In this document: positions 1 through 9,231 of the stretch, piece after piece
Numbering within the stretch: the first letter of the stretch is position 1
Layout: each line of letters starts with the position of its first letter
Source of the DNA: an uncultured bacterium
GTDB taxonomy: Bacteria; Hydrogenedentota; Hydrogenedentia; Hydrogenedentales; JAEUWI01
Direction of reading: 5' to 3'
Length of the DNA stretch: 18,381 bases
NCBI GenBank assembly: GCA_963977445.1
Contig: CAXBPH010000129.1
Location: forward strand, 1-18,381
Program-made: the position numbers and the translations under genes
The notes under the pieces: generated by a model
Database searches by the model: none
What the model was told of the DNA's origin: nothing
What the model saw: the letters and a program-made list of their open reading frames with translations, nothing else

Positions 1-379
1 CTCTACGGGTCTTTTGTCGTGTCTGCACCTATACGACACAAAATAAGGCAAACAACTGGCCGCGAGGCCCTTCTCGCCAAGCCTCCGCCCCACGGGCTCC
101 TAACACTACGTAGGCGCTACGGAACGCCCCAGTGTGCCATGTCGTTGCATGGTTCGGGTGCACCAATCAGCTGGACTCCTGACGGAGCGCCACTGGCAAT
201 GAACGCACTACTTCGATAACGTATCAGGATGGGATGGTCCAAGCCCCATCGATTTTGTGAGTGCGCCCTGGCACTACTGTATCAGGACACCCGACTATAT
301 GCGATTCCACCGTATATATGCCTTGCGAGTGAGCTGGGCAATGCGTTAAGGTGATAGAGGATACTTCGGGGAAAATAGC

Positions 380-3300
380 GTGGCACACTTACTCAACTTG
401 CTAATAGGTGCCTTCATAGGCACCATGGACATTGATAGCTGTCGGAAGCTGCAGCGATATAGCATCAGAGAACGTAGAGCGGGTGTGCATCTAACCCTCC
501 CTCCTCTGGGTGCCCTTCCCTTGTCCGGTGCCTTATTTCGAATGGGCGTCTGTATGGTGCTCTCACTCCTTACGCTAACCGCCGTCGGTAGTACGGTGCC
601 CCATCTGCAACATTATACAACCCACGATGGATTGGCGGGTTCTGTCGTTCGTAGTGTCGAAAGGACCGACGATGGGCGTATATGGTTTGGCTGTTGGGGG
701 CGCGGGGTCTCATCCTATGATGGTATAAATTGGACGAACTATGGCCTGGCGGAAGGGTTGCCTTCCCTCGATGTTCGCGTAGTTCGCGTTGACGTTCGGG
801 GTACGGTGTGGGTGGGGACCGTCGGGGGAATTGCTTACCTCGACGGGTCACGTTGGATCAAGGTGGAGCCAAAGATACAGGACTTGACCAATGAGGGTGC
901 CTTCTCTATTTGTCCGCTCCCCGATGGGCGTATATGGTTTGGTCTCGAAGAGAGCCGGGTGTTGGAATATATTCCCGGCGATGGAGCGGAAACAAACACA
1001 ATAGCTTCCGGCACATGGTCCTCCAAGTTCATTCTCCGAGAACCGGGCTCGACGGTACGGGAGATTCACCGTCGGCCTGATGGTTCTATCGTCATTGTTG
1101 GTAAGTTTGGGATCAGACGATGGGTTGGTGAAGAATGGGTTTCGGATGATTCTGATAAAAGTTTGAGTGTGTTGGAGTCGATTGCCGAGGCACCCGACGG
1201 TACCCTTTACGTGGCGGGCACTACGGGCATGTGGCGACGGGGACCTTCGGAACCCGAATGGACAAGAGATTCGGTAGGGTCCGTAAAGTCTGTCCGCTTT
1301 CTGCCGGATGGGCGCCTGGTGGTGGCAAGTCAGCGGGGCATAGAAATCCGCCGCCATGGTCGCAGCGAATTACTGAGTTTATTGCGAAGCGGCTCAAATC
1401 TCCCTATGCAGATAGTAGAATTTTTTCCAGAAACGAACGAAATTTGGATCGGTACCAAGTTGGGCGTGTTTCGTGTGGGCCTGGAAGGTTGGACGGTATT
1501 TTCTGAGTCACCCGAAGGAGGCGTGTTTGACGGGAGGACGCTCTATGCCGACGCCAATACCCCCGCAATCGTGATCGATGATCAGGGGGGGCTGTGCCAG
1601 TATATCGAGGGGGTTTGGGAAACGATAGGCGTACTTCCCCCGGGGAGCTATAGCCAGATCGCCAAGGGAAACGACAATACAATTTGGCTTGTCAAAAGTG
1701 GATTGGCCGTTCAATGGGACCTTGGTCGTGGCGCGGGGCGACGTAGTTTTACGCTGCCCGCAATGATCGAGTCTGTCTTCGAGACCCGTGGTGGACGACT
1801 ATTCTGTTATGGAGAGCAGGCCTTCCTGGAACGTAAAGGTGATCAGTGGGTTTCTACGCCCATAGGAAAGACAAAGGATGTAGAGCGTATTTGTTCCGTC
1901 CTCGAAACCAGCGATAACAAGCTCTGTGTTTCTACACTAACGGCATTGGCGCTTTGGGAGTTCTTGCCCGACGGTACCCTGGTTGAAAGTTTCCGCACGG
2001 AAGGTGAAAAGAATTATCGGGGGCTGTTGGAGGAGGAGGACGGCAGTATCCTTGTCGGGTCGAATGAGGAAGGTATCTATCGCTATCAGGGCGGTAACCT
2101 TGATTTTGTAACACCCTTTCACAATGACTCGACAGCACGGGCAGCAATACTGTTTCGTCAGTCCACCGGACGACTCTGGACAGGGTCCCTGGAGCTGGGA
2201 CTGGCTTCCCGAGTCGGTGGGCGTTGGGCCTGGTATGGTCCGTCCGACGGTGTGCTGGGCGGCCAGGTTCATGCAATAGTACAAGATCCATCCGGCATTG
2301 TCTGGGCAGCTATTTCCCAGCGGGGTGTGGCGCGATATATCCCATCCGCCGATCCCCCAGAAACCTATGTCCGACAGGTGCCCCAGCAGATACCTCATGG
2401 CGAGCGTAGCGTCTTTCAGTTTGATGGTGTCGACCCGTGGAATATCACGGAAGAAGCGGAGTTGGTGTATTCCTGGCGGATTGTCGAGGAGGGCGTTTCC
2501 GACTCTGACGCGCCTTGGTCTGACTATTCAAAGGATACAAACATAATATCTCCCCATCTTTCCTATGGGAGCTATGTCTTTGAAGTGCGCGGGGCCGATA
2601 CCGACTTCAATGTGGATCCCACGCCGGCGCGCGCGTCATTTACGGTGTTGCCGCCACTCTGGGCAACGGGGGGCTTCTTGTTTCCCGTGGGCTTGTTGGT
2701 TGTCGGCATCAGCGTTGTGGCGAGCCTGCTCCTTCGGAACTACACCGCATTGCGGGTCTCTGAGCAAGAGCTTCGAGATGCTAAAGATCAGGCGGAGGCG
2801 GCGAGTCGCGCCAAGAGTCAGTTTCTCGCCCATATTTCCCACGAAATTCGTACACCCATGAACGCGATCATGGGTCATGTGCAAATTATGCAGGTGGAAC
2901 GTCATCGCGCGGATGAAGACTCCGAGAGTCTTCGGGTGATCGCCAGGAGTGGTGAGCACCTTCTCGAGCTCATCAACAATGTGTTGGAAATGGCGAAAAT
3001 AGAAGCTGGCAGGGTGACGATAACGCCGGGTAATGTAAACCTGTGCGAGGTGGTGAACGAACTCGTTCGAATGCTCTCGGTACAATGCGACCCGTCACAG
3101 GTCCGGCTCCAAGTGGAATCGGATGACAATGTACCGGAATATGTTTCTATAGATCAGTCCAAGTTGCGCCAGGTACTCATCAATCTGGTCGGCAATGCGA
3201 TCAAATTTACCAGCGTGGGATCGATAACCATCCGGATTCGTGGAATAAAATCCGCCAAGTCAACGGTGGTAGATCACATTGAGATAGAAGTAGAAGATAC

Positions 3301-3943
3301 AGGGACGGGTATCGAGGCACAGTCGCTTGACGACATCTTTGGCCCCTTCGAACAGGCCAGTGCTGGCCGCAGCCACGGCGGGGCGGGTCTGGGATTGCCC
3401 ATCAGTCGGCGTCATCTCGAAGCCATGGGCGGAACTATCCGCATCGACTCGACGTTGGGTACAGGAACGCTCGTCCACGTGATGATTCCGGTGGGGTCAG
3501 GCACTCCCGAGACTGCGGTAGCAAGCGGTTCTACGCCTGAAGCCCAGTTTGTTGCGGCGAATGGGGCGGGTAAGCGGATTCTGGTGGTGGATGATATTGA
3601 TACCAACCTTAACGTGATGGATAAACTCCTTACCCTGTTTGGCTTTGAGGTTACGGCCGTCTCCAGTGGGCTGGCGGCCATAGCAGCTTTCCAGGAATGG
3701 AAACCTGACCTCATCCTGATGGACAAGGCGATGCCGGATATGGATGGTATCGAAACGACCCGCCGTATCCGCGCGATGGATGGGGGTAAAGAAGCCATCA
3801 TTATCTTTGTAACGGCCGGTGCCATGGACGAGGAGCGACGGGACATCATGGACGGGGGCGCAACGGACATCATCCGGAAACCCTTCCGCCATGCGGAGTT
3901 ACTTGCCAAAATGGATGAGTATCTCAACGAGCCCAAGGACTGA
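380..3943 (+). CDS. Hybrid sensor histidine kinase/response regulator with extracytoplasmic two-component-regulator beta-propeller repeats and a Y_Y_Y-like domain, TM helix, HisKA, HATPase_c and C-terminal receiver. True start probably downstream (candidates 485, 542, 554).
   Basis: Propeller repeats (YTTHDGLAGSVVRSV..DGRIWFG; YGLAEGLPSLDVRVV..GTVWVGT); LSYGSYVFEVRG followed by LPPLWATGG and a hydrophobic TM; H-box FLAHISHEIRTPMNAIMG; N-box LRQVLINLVGNAIKFT; G1 EDTGTGI; G2 GAGLGL; REC ILVVDD..DLILMDKAMPDMDG..KPF. Confidence 0.93.
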   Translation: MAHLLNLLIGAFIGTMDIDSCRKLQRYSIRERRAGVHLTLPPLGALPLSGALFRMGVCMVLSLLTLTAVGSTVPHLQHYTTHDGLAGSVVRSVERTDDGRIWFGCWGRGVSSYDGINWTNYGLAEGLPSLDVRVVRVDVRGTVWVGTVGGIAYLDGSRWIKVEPKIQDLTNEGAFSICPLPDGRIWFGLEESRVLEYIPGDGAETNTIASGTWSSKFILREPGSTVREIHRRPDGSIVIVGKFGIRRWVGEEWVSDDSDKSLSVLESIAEAPDGTLYVAGTTGMWRRGPSEPEWTRDSVGSVKSVRFLPDGRLVVASQRGIEIRRHGRSELLSLLRSGSNLPMQIVEFFPETNEIWIGTKLGVFRVGLEGWTVFSESPEGGVFDGRTLYADANTPAIVIDDQGGLCQYIEGVWETIGVLPPGSYSQIAKGNDNTIWLVKSGLAVQWDLGRGAGRRSFTLPAMIESVFETRGGRLFCYGEQAFLERKGDQWVSTPIGKTKDVERICSVLETSDNKLCVSTLTALALWEFLPDGTLVESFRTEGEKNYRGLLEEEDGSILVGSNEEGIYRYQGGNLDFVTPFHNDSTARAAILFRQSTGRLWTGSLELGLASRVGGRWAWYGPSDGVLGGQVHAIVQDPSGIVWAAISQRGVARYIPSADPPETYVRQVPQQIPHGERSVFQFDGVDPWNITEEAELVYSWRIVEEGVSDSDAPWSDYSKDTNIISPHLSYGSYVFEVRGADTDFNVDPTPARASFTVLPPLWATGGFLFPVGLLVVGISVVASLLLRNYTALRVSEQELRDAKDQAEAASRAKSQFLAHISHEIRTPMNAIMGHVQIMQVERHRADEDSESLRVIARSGEHLLELINNVLEMAKIEAGRVTITPGNVNLCEVVNELVRMLSVQCDPSQVRLQVESDDNVPEYVSIDQSKLRQVLINLVGNAIKFTSVGSITIRIRGIKSAKSTVVDHIEIEVEDTGTGIEAQSLDDIFGPFEQASAGRSHGGAGLGLPISRRHLEAMGGTIRIDSTLGTGTLVHVMIPVGSGTPETAVASGSTPEAQFVAANGAGKRILVVDDIDTNLNVMDKLLTLFGFEVTAVSSGLAAIAAFQEWKPDLILMDKAMPDMDGIETTRRIRAMDGGKEAIIIFVTAGAMDEERRDIMDGGATDIIRKPFRHAELLAKMDEYLNEPKD

Positions 3944-4070
3944 CCGACCTCTCCTGGAACTATCAGCACCCTTTCCAAGAGGTCTCGGGTGGGTGTTTTT
4001 CGCCCAATTCACTACCGTCGGCAGGTGCGCGCCTGTTTGTGCCGGGTAAAAGATGAAAAACCCTCCATTT

Positions 4071-4098
4071 TTCATTCTCGACAAAATATCGTATACTA
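4071..4098 (+). promoter_or_regulatory. Possible sigma70-type promoter for the DUF1553/DUF1501 pair
   Basis: TTCATT (4071-4076), 16 nt spacer, TATACT (4093-4098) in the intergenic region; overlaps an inverted repeat at 4053-4075. Confidence 0.35.
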
Positions 4099-4171
4099 GT
4101 TTGTCGAGCTATGGCGGTCTGTTCCTGGCGATGGTTCCGACGCAAAAAAGTGCGGCAGGGCAGCCATCGAA

Positions 4172-6718
4172 GTGAGTTTGGATCACCGAAACACCGCAAA
4201 GGGTTACGGCGCGATGTGGCACAACCGTAGATATGAAAATCCATCTGTAGGCGTGATAAAAGCCCTACGTGTGTCCACGCGGCTTATTGTGCTGTCTGGC
4301 GTTGCGCTCACCATGCCCTTGAGCCTCGTTGCAGAGGTATCTTCGCCCGATTCGCCAGCCTTTTTTGAAAACCGTATCCGCCCGATACTCGCGGAAAACT
4401 GCATCAAGTGCCATGGTGAGGCCAAGCAAAAAGGCGGTCTTCGCCTGGACTCAGCATCGGCCATGCTGGGCGGGGGCGAGAGTGGCCCTTCACTGGTTCC
4501 GGGCAATGCCGACGGAAGCCTTCTTGTTCAGGCAATTCGCTATAACGATTTGGAAATGCCACCCACGGGTGTCTTGCCAGAGAAGGATGTGGCCGACCTG
4601 ACCGCTTGGGTCGCGGCGGGTGCGCCCTGGCCGGAACATGGAGAAGACATCCGCGAGTCCACGGCGCTCATCACCGAGGCCGATCGCAACTGGTGGGCCT
4701 TCCAGCCGTTATCCAAGCCGGGCGTCCCCCGCAACCCAGCCGATTTGTGGTCCCGCAATGCCATTGACCGATTCGTCTTCGAGCGCCTTAATGCCGAGGA
4801 TATGAGCCCCGCACCGGAAGCCGATAAGTCGGTACTCGTGCGACGACTCTATTTCGATCTTGTCGGCATGCCCCCGACACCAGAAGAAGTGGATGCCTAT
4901 ATCAATGACCCTTCGCCCTATGCCTGGGAAATGCTCATCGATACCTTACTTGATGATCCCCGTTACGGGGAGCATTGGGCGCGTTTCTGGCTCGACCTGG
5001 TGCGCTATGCCGAGTCCGATGGGTGGAACAAAGATTCCTATCGGCCCAATATCTGGCGCTATCGCGACTATGTGATTGATGCGATGAATGAGGATGTGCC
5101 CTATTCTGAATTTGTGCGTCAGCAGCTTGCGGGCGACGAAATCGAGAGTGACGATCCGGAAAACCTGATTGCCACCGGGTATTTACGTCTGGGCATCTAT
5201 GAGTACAACCAGCGCGACGCCGCGTCCCACTGGGACGACATCATGAATGAAATCACCGATGTGACTGGCAATGTCTTCTTCGGACTGTCCATGGCCTGCA
5301 GCCGCTGCCATGATCACAAATTTGATCCCCTCATGCAGAAGGACTACTTCAGTCTCCGGGCATTCTTCGAACCCCTGATTTGGCGGGACGATATCCCCGG
5401 GGCGACGACGGAAGAGAAGCTGGCGTGGGACAGTCAACAGACCCAGTGGGAAGAGGCAACGACATCCATTCGTGCCGAACTGGACGCCTTGGTCGGGCCG
5501 GTTCACGAGAAAAAATGGGCATTGACAGCGGACAAGTTCCCGCTGGAAATCCAGGATTGCTTCAGTAAGCCCAAAAGTGAGCGGAGTTCCTGGGAGCATC
5601 AGATGGCCTACCTGGTCGCGCGCCAGTTCTATGAAGAAGGTGGTGGGCCCCTGTCTGGCATGTCAAAAGAAGACAAGGCCAAGATGGAGGAGATTAACAA
5701 GCGTTTGGCCACTTTTGACTCAATGAAGCCAGCGCCCCTGCCGGAAGTGATGTCGGTGGCTGATTTTGACGGAGCTCTCTCGCCCACGACCATCCCCAGC
5801 GACCCCTCGGCCACACCGATTGCGCCCCAGTTTCTCGCGGTACTGGCGAGCAATCCCGTCAGCATGACTCCCAAACTTCCGGAACGTGCCGACAGCTCGG
5901 GAAGACGTACGGCGCTGGCAAAATGGATTGGGCGGGAAGATAACCCCCTCACGACCCGGGTCATTGTAAACCGCATCTGGCAACAGCACTTCGGTGAGGG
6001 CATTGTGCCTTCGGCCAGTGACTTCGGTCATCTCGGTCAACCCCCGACCCACCCTGAGTTGCTCGATTATCTCACGACGAACTTTGTGGAAGACGGATGG
6101 CATTTCAAGGCGCTGCACAAGTCCATTCTTATGTCTGCGACCTGGCGGCAGTCGGTCCATCACCCCGACGCCGACGCCTATCTGGTAAAAGATCCCGCAG
6201 AGCACTTGCTCTGGCGCCAACATGTACATCGTCTGAAGGCCGAGCAGTTGCGCGATGCCATGCTCGCGGTGAGCGGCGAACTCGACGTCAAAATCGGTGG
6301 CCCGAGTGTAGATAGTAAGACGCCCCGGCGAGCCCTTTATGTAAAAATCATGCGGAACAGTCCCGATGCCCTGTTGCACGCCTTCGACGTGGCCAATGGC
6401 CTCACCAGTGTGTCGCAACGAACGAGTACGACCACCCCTACGCAGGCCCTGTTGATGATTAACGGGGACTATGTACTTGAACGGGCTATCAAGCTGGGCG
6501 GACGGATGCGTAATAGTGGCGAGTCCACCTGTGCCGGTGCCTTGACCCACGGATTTCGACTGGCCTGGGGCCGCAACCCAACGGATGAAGAGTTGCAGCG
6601 TGCGCTGGTGTTCATCGGGGTCAACGGAGAAACCAATCCGTCCAAGATGATTTCAGAACGACTTATAGATTTCAGCCACGTGTTGCTTAATTCTAATGAA
6701 TTCATTTACGTCGACTAG
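4172..6718 (+). CDS. Planctomycete-type cytochrome c (PSCyt1) / DUF1549 / DUF1553 (PSD1) domain protein; start uncertain, probably downstream of 4172
   Basis: FFENRIRPILAENCIKCHG..KGGLRLD (CxxCH); WWAFQP, NAIDRFV, LVRRLYFDLVGMPPT, YGEHWARFWLDLVRYAESDG; second CxxCH (CSRCHDHKFDP); RVIVNRIWQQHFGEGIV..DFG..PTHPELLDYL; C-terminal LLNSNEFIYVD; hydrophobic signal-like stretch near N-terminus. Confidence 0.92.
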   Translation: MSLDHRNTAKGYGAMWHNRRYENPSVGVIKALRVSTRLIVLSGVALTMPLSLVAEVSSPDSPAFFENRIRPILAENCIKCHGEAKQKGGLRLDSASAMLGGGESGPSLVPGNADGSLLVQAIRYNDLEMPPTGVLPEKDVADLTAWVAAGAPWPEHGEDIRESTALITEADRNWWAFQPLSKPGVPRNPADLWSRNAIDRFVFERLNAEDMSPAPEADKSVLVRRLYFDLVGMPPTPEEVDAYINDPSPYAWEMLIDTLLDDPRYGEHWARFWLDLVRYAESDGWNKDSYRPNIWRYRDYVIDAMNEDVPYSEFVRQQLAGDEIESDDPENLIATGYLRLGIYEYNQRDAASHWDDIMNEITDVTGNVFFGLSMACSRCHDHKFDPLMQKDYFSLRAFFEPLIWRDDIPGATTEEKLAWDSQQTQWEEATTSIRAELDALVGPVHEKKWALTADKFPLEIQDCFSKPKSERSSWEHQMAYLVARQFYEEGGGPLSGMSKEDKAKMEEINKRLATFDSMKPAPLPEVMSVADFDGALSPTTIPSDPSATPIAPQFLAVLASNPVSMTPKLPERADSSGRRTALAKWIGREDNPLTTRVIVNRIWQQHFGEGIVPSASDFGHLGQPPTHPELLDYLTTNFVEDGWHFKALHKSILMSATWRQSVHHPDADAYLVKDPAEHLLWRQHVHRLKAEQLRDAMLAVSGELDVKIGGPSVDSKTPRRALYVKIMRNSPDALLHAFDVANGLTSVSQRTSTTTPTQALLMINGDYVLERAIKLGGRMRNSGESTCAGALTHGFRLAWGRNPTDEELQRALVFIGVNGETNPSKMISERLIDFSHVLLNSNEFIYVD

Positions 6719-6762
6719 TCGGAACATGCTTCGACGGACGACTGCTTAAAACGCAGGGAGTA

Positions 6763-8211
6763 TTGAGTCCCGTGTCATCACGAATTTGCGACCATTATCA
6801 AAAGCCCCATCACGATGCCCTCCTTTCACGGCGTGATTTTTTGCAGCGCGGGGGAGCAGGCTTCGGTGCCCTGGCCCTCGGTGCCATGTTACACCAGGAG
6901 TCCAGCCATGCGGCCCTGCCCACGCCCCTTGCCCACCATTTTGGCCGGGCCAAGAGCGTCATATTTCTGTTTATGGAAGGTGGCCCGAGCCATCTCGACC
7001 TGTTGGATCCCAAGCCGCTGCTCAATAAACTTGCGGGTCAACCCATCCCGGCGAGCTTCAAGGAGCCCATCACGGCCATGGGCGAAAAAGGTTCACCGTT
7101 ATTACCGGCTCCACGGACCTGGAAACAGCACGGTGAGAGTGGATTGTGGGCTTCAGAATGGATTCCCCATATTGCGGAATGCATGGACGACCTCGCGGTG
7201 ATTCGGTCCTGTTGGACCAACGGCATCAACCACGCCGGTGGGGTTTGCCAGATGAACACCTGCACCAATGTGGCGGGTCGGCCTTCGCTGGGATCCTGGG
7301 TCAACTATGGCCTGGGTAGTGCCAACCACAACCTGCCCTCCTTTGTTGTGCTGTGCGATAACAATGGCCGCCCGGTGAATGGCCCCCGTAACTGGGGAAG
7401 CGGTTTCATACCGGCCTCCCATCAGGGTGTGCGCATCAACGGGGCGAGCGATGAGCCTATCGCCAACCTGAACTTTCCCAAGGATCACGATGGGGCCCGG
7501 CAGTATGAAAAACTCGCTCTGCTGAACGCCTACAATCGGGACCATGCGGAGACCCGGATGCAGGAAAGTGAGCTGGAAGCGCGCATCGAGAGTTATGAAC
7601 TGGCTTTTCGTATGCAGGCCGAGGCTCCCGCAGCGGTGGATCTCGGGCAAGAAGAAGATTATATTCAGCAGCTCTATGGCATCGATGAAAAGGAAACGGA
7701 AGTTTTCGGGCGCAATTGCCTCCTCGCCCGTCGGCTCGTCGAGCGGGGGGTACGCTTTGTTCAGCTCTATAGCGGCACGGGTAGCAAGTGGGATTCTCAC
7801 GACGATATTGAAAAGAAACATGCCTCGCTGTGCCATAGTATGGACAAGCCCGTTGCTGGCCTGCTGAAGGATCTGAAGCAGCGGGGCCTCCTCGATGAGA
7901 CCCTCGTGGTGTGGGGCGGGGAATTCGGCCGCACGCCCATGAGTGAAAAGGGCGACGGGCGGGACCACAATCCCACGGGATTTTCCATGTGGATGGCGGG
8001 CGGTGGTGTTCAGGGCGGCCAGGTTATTGGTGCCACGGACGATCTGGGCTTGTATGCGGTTGAAGACAAAATGCATGTGCATGACATCCATGCATCAATC
8101 CTGCACTTGATGGGTCTGGACAACATGAAGTTGACCTACAATCACGGTGGTCGGTTGGAGCGTCCTACGATTAATGAAGGGGCATTCAACAAGAAGCTGA
8201 TTGGGGTCTAG
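6763..8211 (+). CDS. DUF1501 domain protein (alkaline phosphatase/sulfatase-like fold) with twin-arginine-like N-terminal motif; start may be GTG 6772
   Basis: LSRRDFLQ motif; AKSVIFLFMEGGPSHLD; GRPSLGSWVNYGLG; YELAFRMQ; CLLARRLVERGVRFVQL; WDSH; LDETLVVWGGEFGRTP; GRDHNP. AGGGAG at 6755-6760 fits GTG 6772 better. Usual partner of DUF1553 genes. Confidence 0.93.
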   Translation: MSPVSSRICDHYQKPHHDALLSRRDFLQRGGAGFGALALGAMLHQESSHAALPTPLAHHFGRAKSVIFLFMEGGPSHLDLLDPKPLLNKLAGQPIPASFKEPITAMGEKGSPLLPAPRTWKQHGESGLWASEWIPHIAECMDDLAVIRSCWTNGINHAGGVCQMNTCTNVAGRPSLGSWVNYGLGSANHNLPSFVVLCDNNGRPVNGPRNWGSGFIPASHQGVRINGASDEPIANLNFPKDHDGARQYEKLALLNAYNRDHAETRMQESELEARIESYELAFRMQAEAPAAVDLGQEEDYIQQLYGIDEKETEVFGRNCLLARRLVERGVRFVQLYSGTGSKWDSHDDIEKKHASLCHSMDKPVAGLLKDLKQRGLLDETLVVWGGEFGRTPMSEKGDGRDHNPTGFSMWMAGGGVQGGQVIGATDDLGLYAVEDKMHVHDIHASILHLMGLDNMKLTYNHGGRLERPTINEGAFNKKLIGV

Positions 8212-8245
8212 CAGTCTGACTCCTGGCAGCGATTGTCATGGTACT

Positions 8246-8418
8246 CACGGGCAAGTCTCGCAGACTTGTCCGTGCCACCCCGGCGGCTTTCTATGCTGGC
8301 GCGACAGACCGCAGGCAAACCTGACTGTGCCACCCAGACGTATTCTTTGCAGGCGCGGCGGTCCGTTGGCAAACCTGACTGTGCCACCCAGACGCTTTTT
8401 TTGCTGGCGCGACAGACC
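8246..8418. repeat. REP-like palindrome plus ~54-bp tandem repeat cluster (about 3 units) between convergent genes
   Basis: Hairpin CACGGGCAAGTCT-CGC-AGACTTGTCCGTG (8246-8274) followed by CCACCC; identical 27-mer GGCAAACCTGACTGTGCCACCCAGACG at 8314-8340 and 8368-8394; identical 17-mer TGCTGGCGCGACAGACC at 8294-8310 and 8402-8418, degenerate copy at 8348-8364. Confidence 0.8.
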
Positions 8419-8436
8419 ACTTCAAAACGGTGCGCG

Positions 8437-9015
8437 TCAATATCGCCATAAATAGACGTAGTATCCCGCAAACTCTCTGGCCGTTCCATACAGGTCACGC
8501 CATTCGTAGTGCCGGGAATGGGCTGTACCAATTGTGGTGACTCCGGCCTGTTTCAACGCCAGGCGGCACCGGCTCAGGTGGAAAAACTGGCTGACGACGA
8601 TTACGGACTTGAAGTCACGCTCCTCTTGGAGTCTTGCAAAGTTTCTTGCGGTGGCGGCGGTGTTGACGCCCTCGTTGTCGATGATAATTTTATCCTCCGG
8701 CACCCCATGGGCGACGAGATAGGCCGCCATCACATCGCCTTCATAGTGCCCCTCTTTTCCGAAACCGCCACTGACGACCACGTGGGCGACCGTGCCGTCC
8801 TTGTAGAGTGCGAGAGCCCGGTTGAGGCGGCCCTGAAGTCGGGGGGAAGGCGTTCCATCGGGAAATACTGTCGTCGCCAACACCAGTGCCGCATCGGCAT
8901 CGAACAGTGTTTCGGTCATGCCGTCGTATACGATGGCCAATTCCGTAGCGCCGATTATCAGAATAGGCATGATAAGGATGCCTGACAAGATGCGCCTTTT
9001 GGTGACCTGAATCAT
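8437..9015 (-). CDS. YdcF/SanA/ElyC-like DUF218 family membrane-anchored protein
   Basis: Likely ATG at 9015 (MIQVTKRRILSG..) followed by one N-terminal TM; PSPRLQGRLNRALALY, VVVSGGFG, EGDVMAAYL..GVPEDKII..GVNTAATA, VVSQFFHLSR, AREFA motifs. Confidence 0.88.
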   Translation of the reverse strand: MIQVTKRRILSGILIMPILIIGATELAIVYDGMTETLFDADAALVLATTVFPDGTPSPRLQGRLNRALALYKDGTVAHVVVSGGFGKEGHYEGDVMAAYLVAHGVPEDKIIIDNEGVNTAATARNFARLQEERDFKSVIVVSQFFHLSRCRLALKQAGVTTIGTAHSRHYEWRDLYGTAREFAGYYVYLWRY

Positions 9016-9231
9016 TGGAGCTCCCGGAAAAGGGTTGAACAAGGGGTGGGGCGTGTTTCCTGTCTTATCATCCTGTAAACTTGCCGTGAGTTCCCCCATG
9101 GAATGACGGGCCTGGCCTTTTGACCGGCGATAAGAAGGCCTGTTCTTTTTCGAAACGAACACAAACGATACGTTATGATAAGTGCTTCACGTGTGAAGTG
9201 TGATTGATTTTCCAACAGAAGAGGTAGATGT

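Noticed and set aside
19..219. 66-aa ORF at the left edge
   Set aside because: No RBS, motif or protein-like composition; probably intergenic.
381..403. Sigma54-like TGGCAC...TTGCT near the kinase ORF start
   Set aside because: The GG-to-GC spacing is too long for the required GG-N10-GC.
5720..8091. Long antisense ORFs (276 aa and 312 aa), and similarly 3412-3978 and 14534-15352
   Set aside because: They mirror well-supported sense genes in GC-rich DNA and show no domain features.
8294..8418. Mini CRISPR array (27-bp repeat, 27-bp spacer)
   Set aside because: Only two identical repeats, the spacers resemble each other, and there are no cas genes or leader; better explained as a REP-like tandem repeat.
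8201..8531. Small ORFs with internal peptide repeats across the repeat cluster
   Set aside because: The peptide repeats arise from the 54-bp (multiple of 3) DNA period; no RBS or coding evidence.
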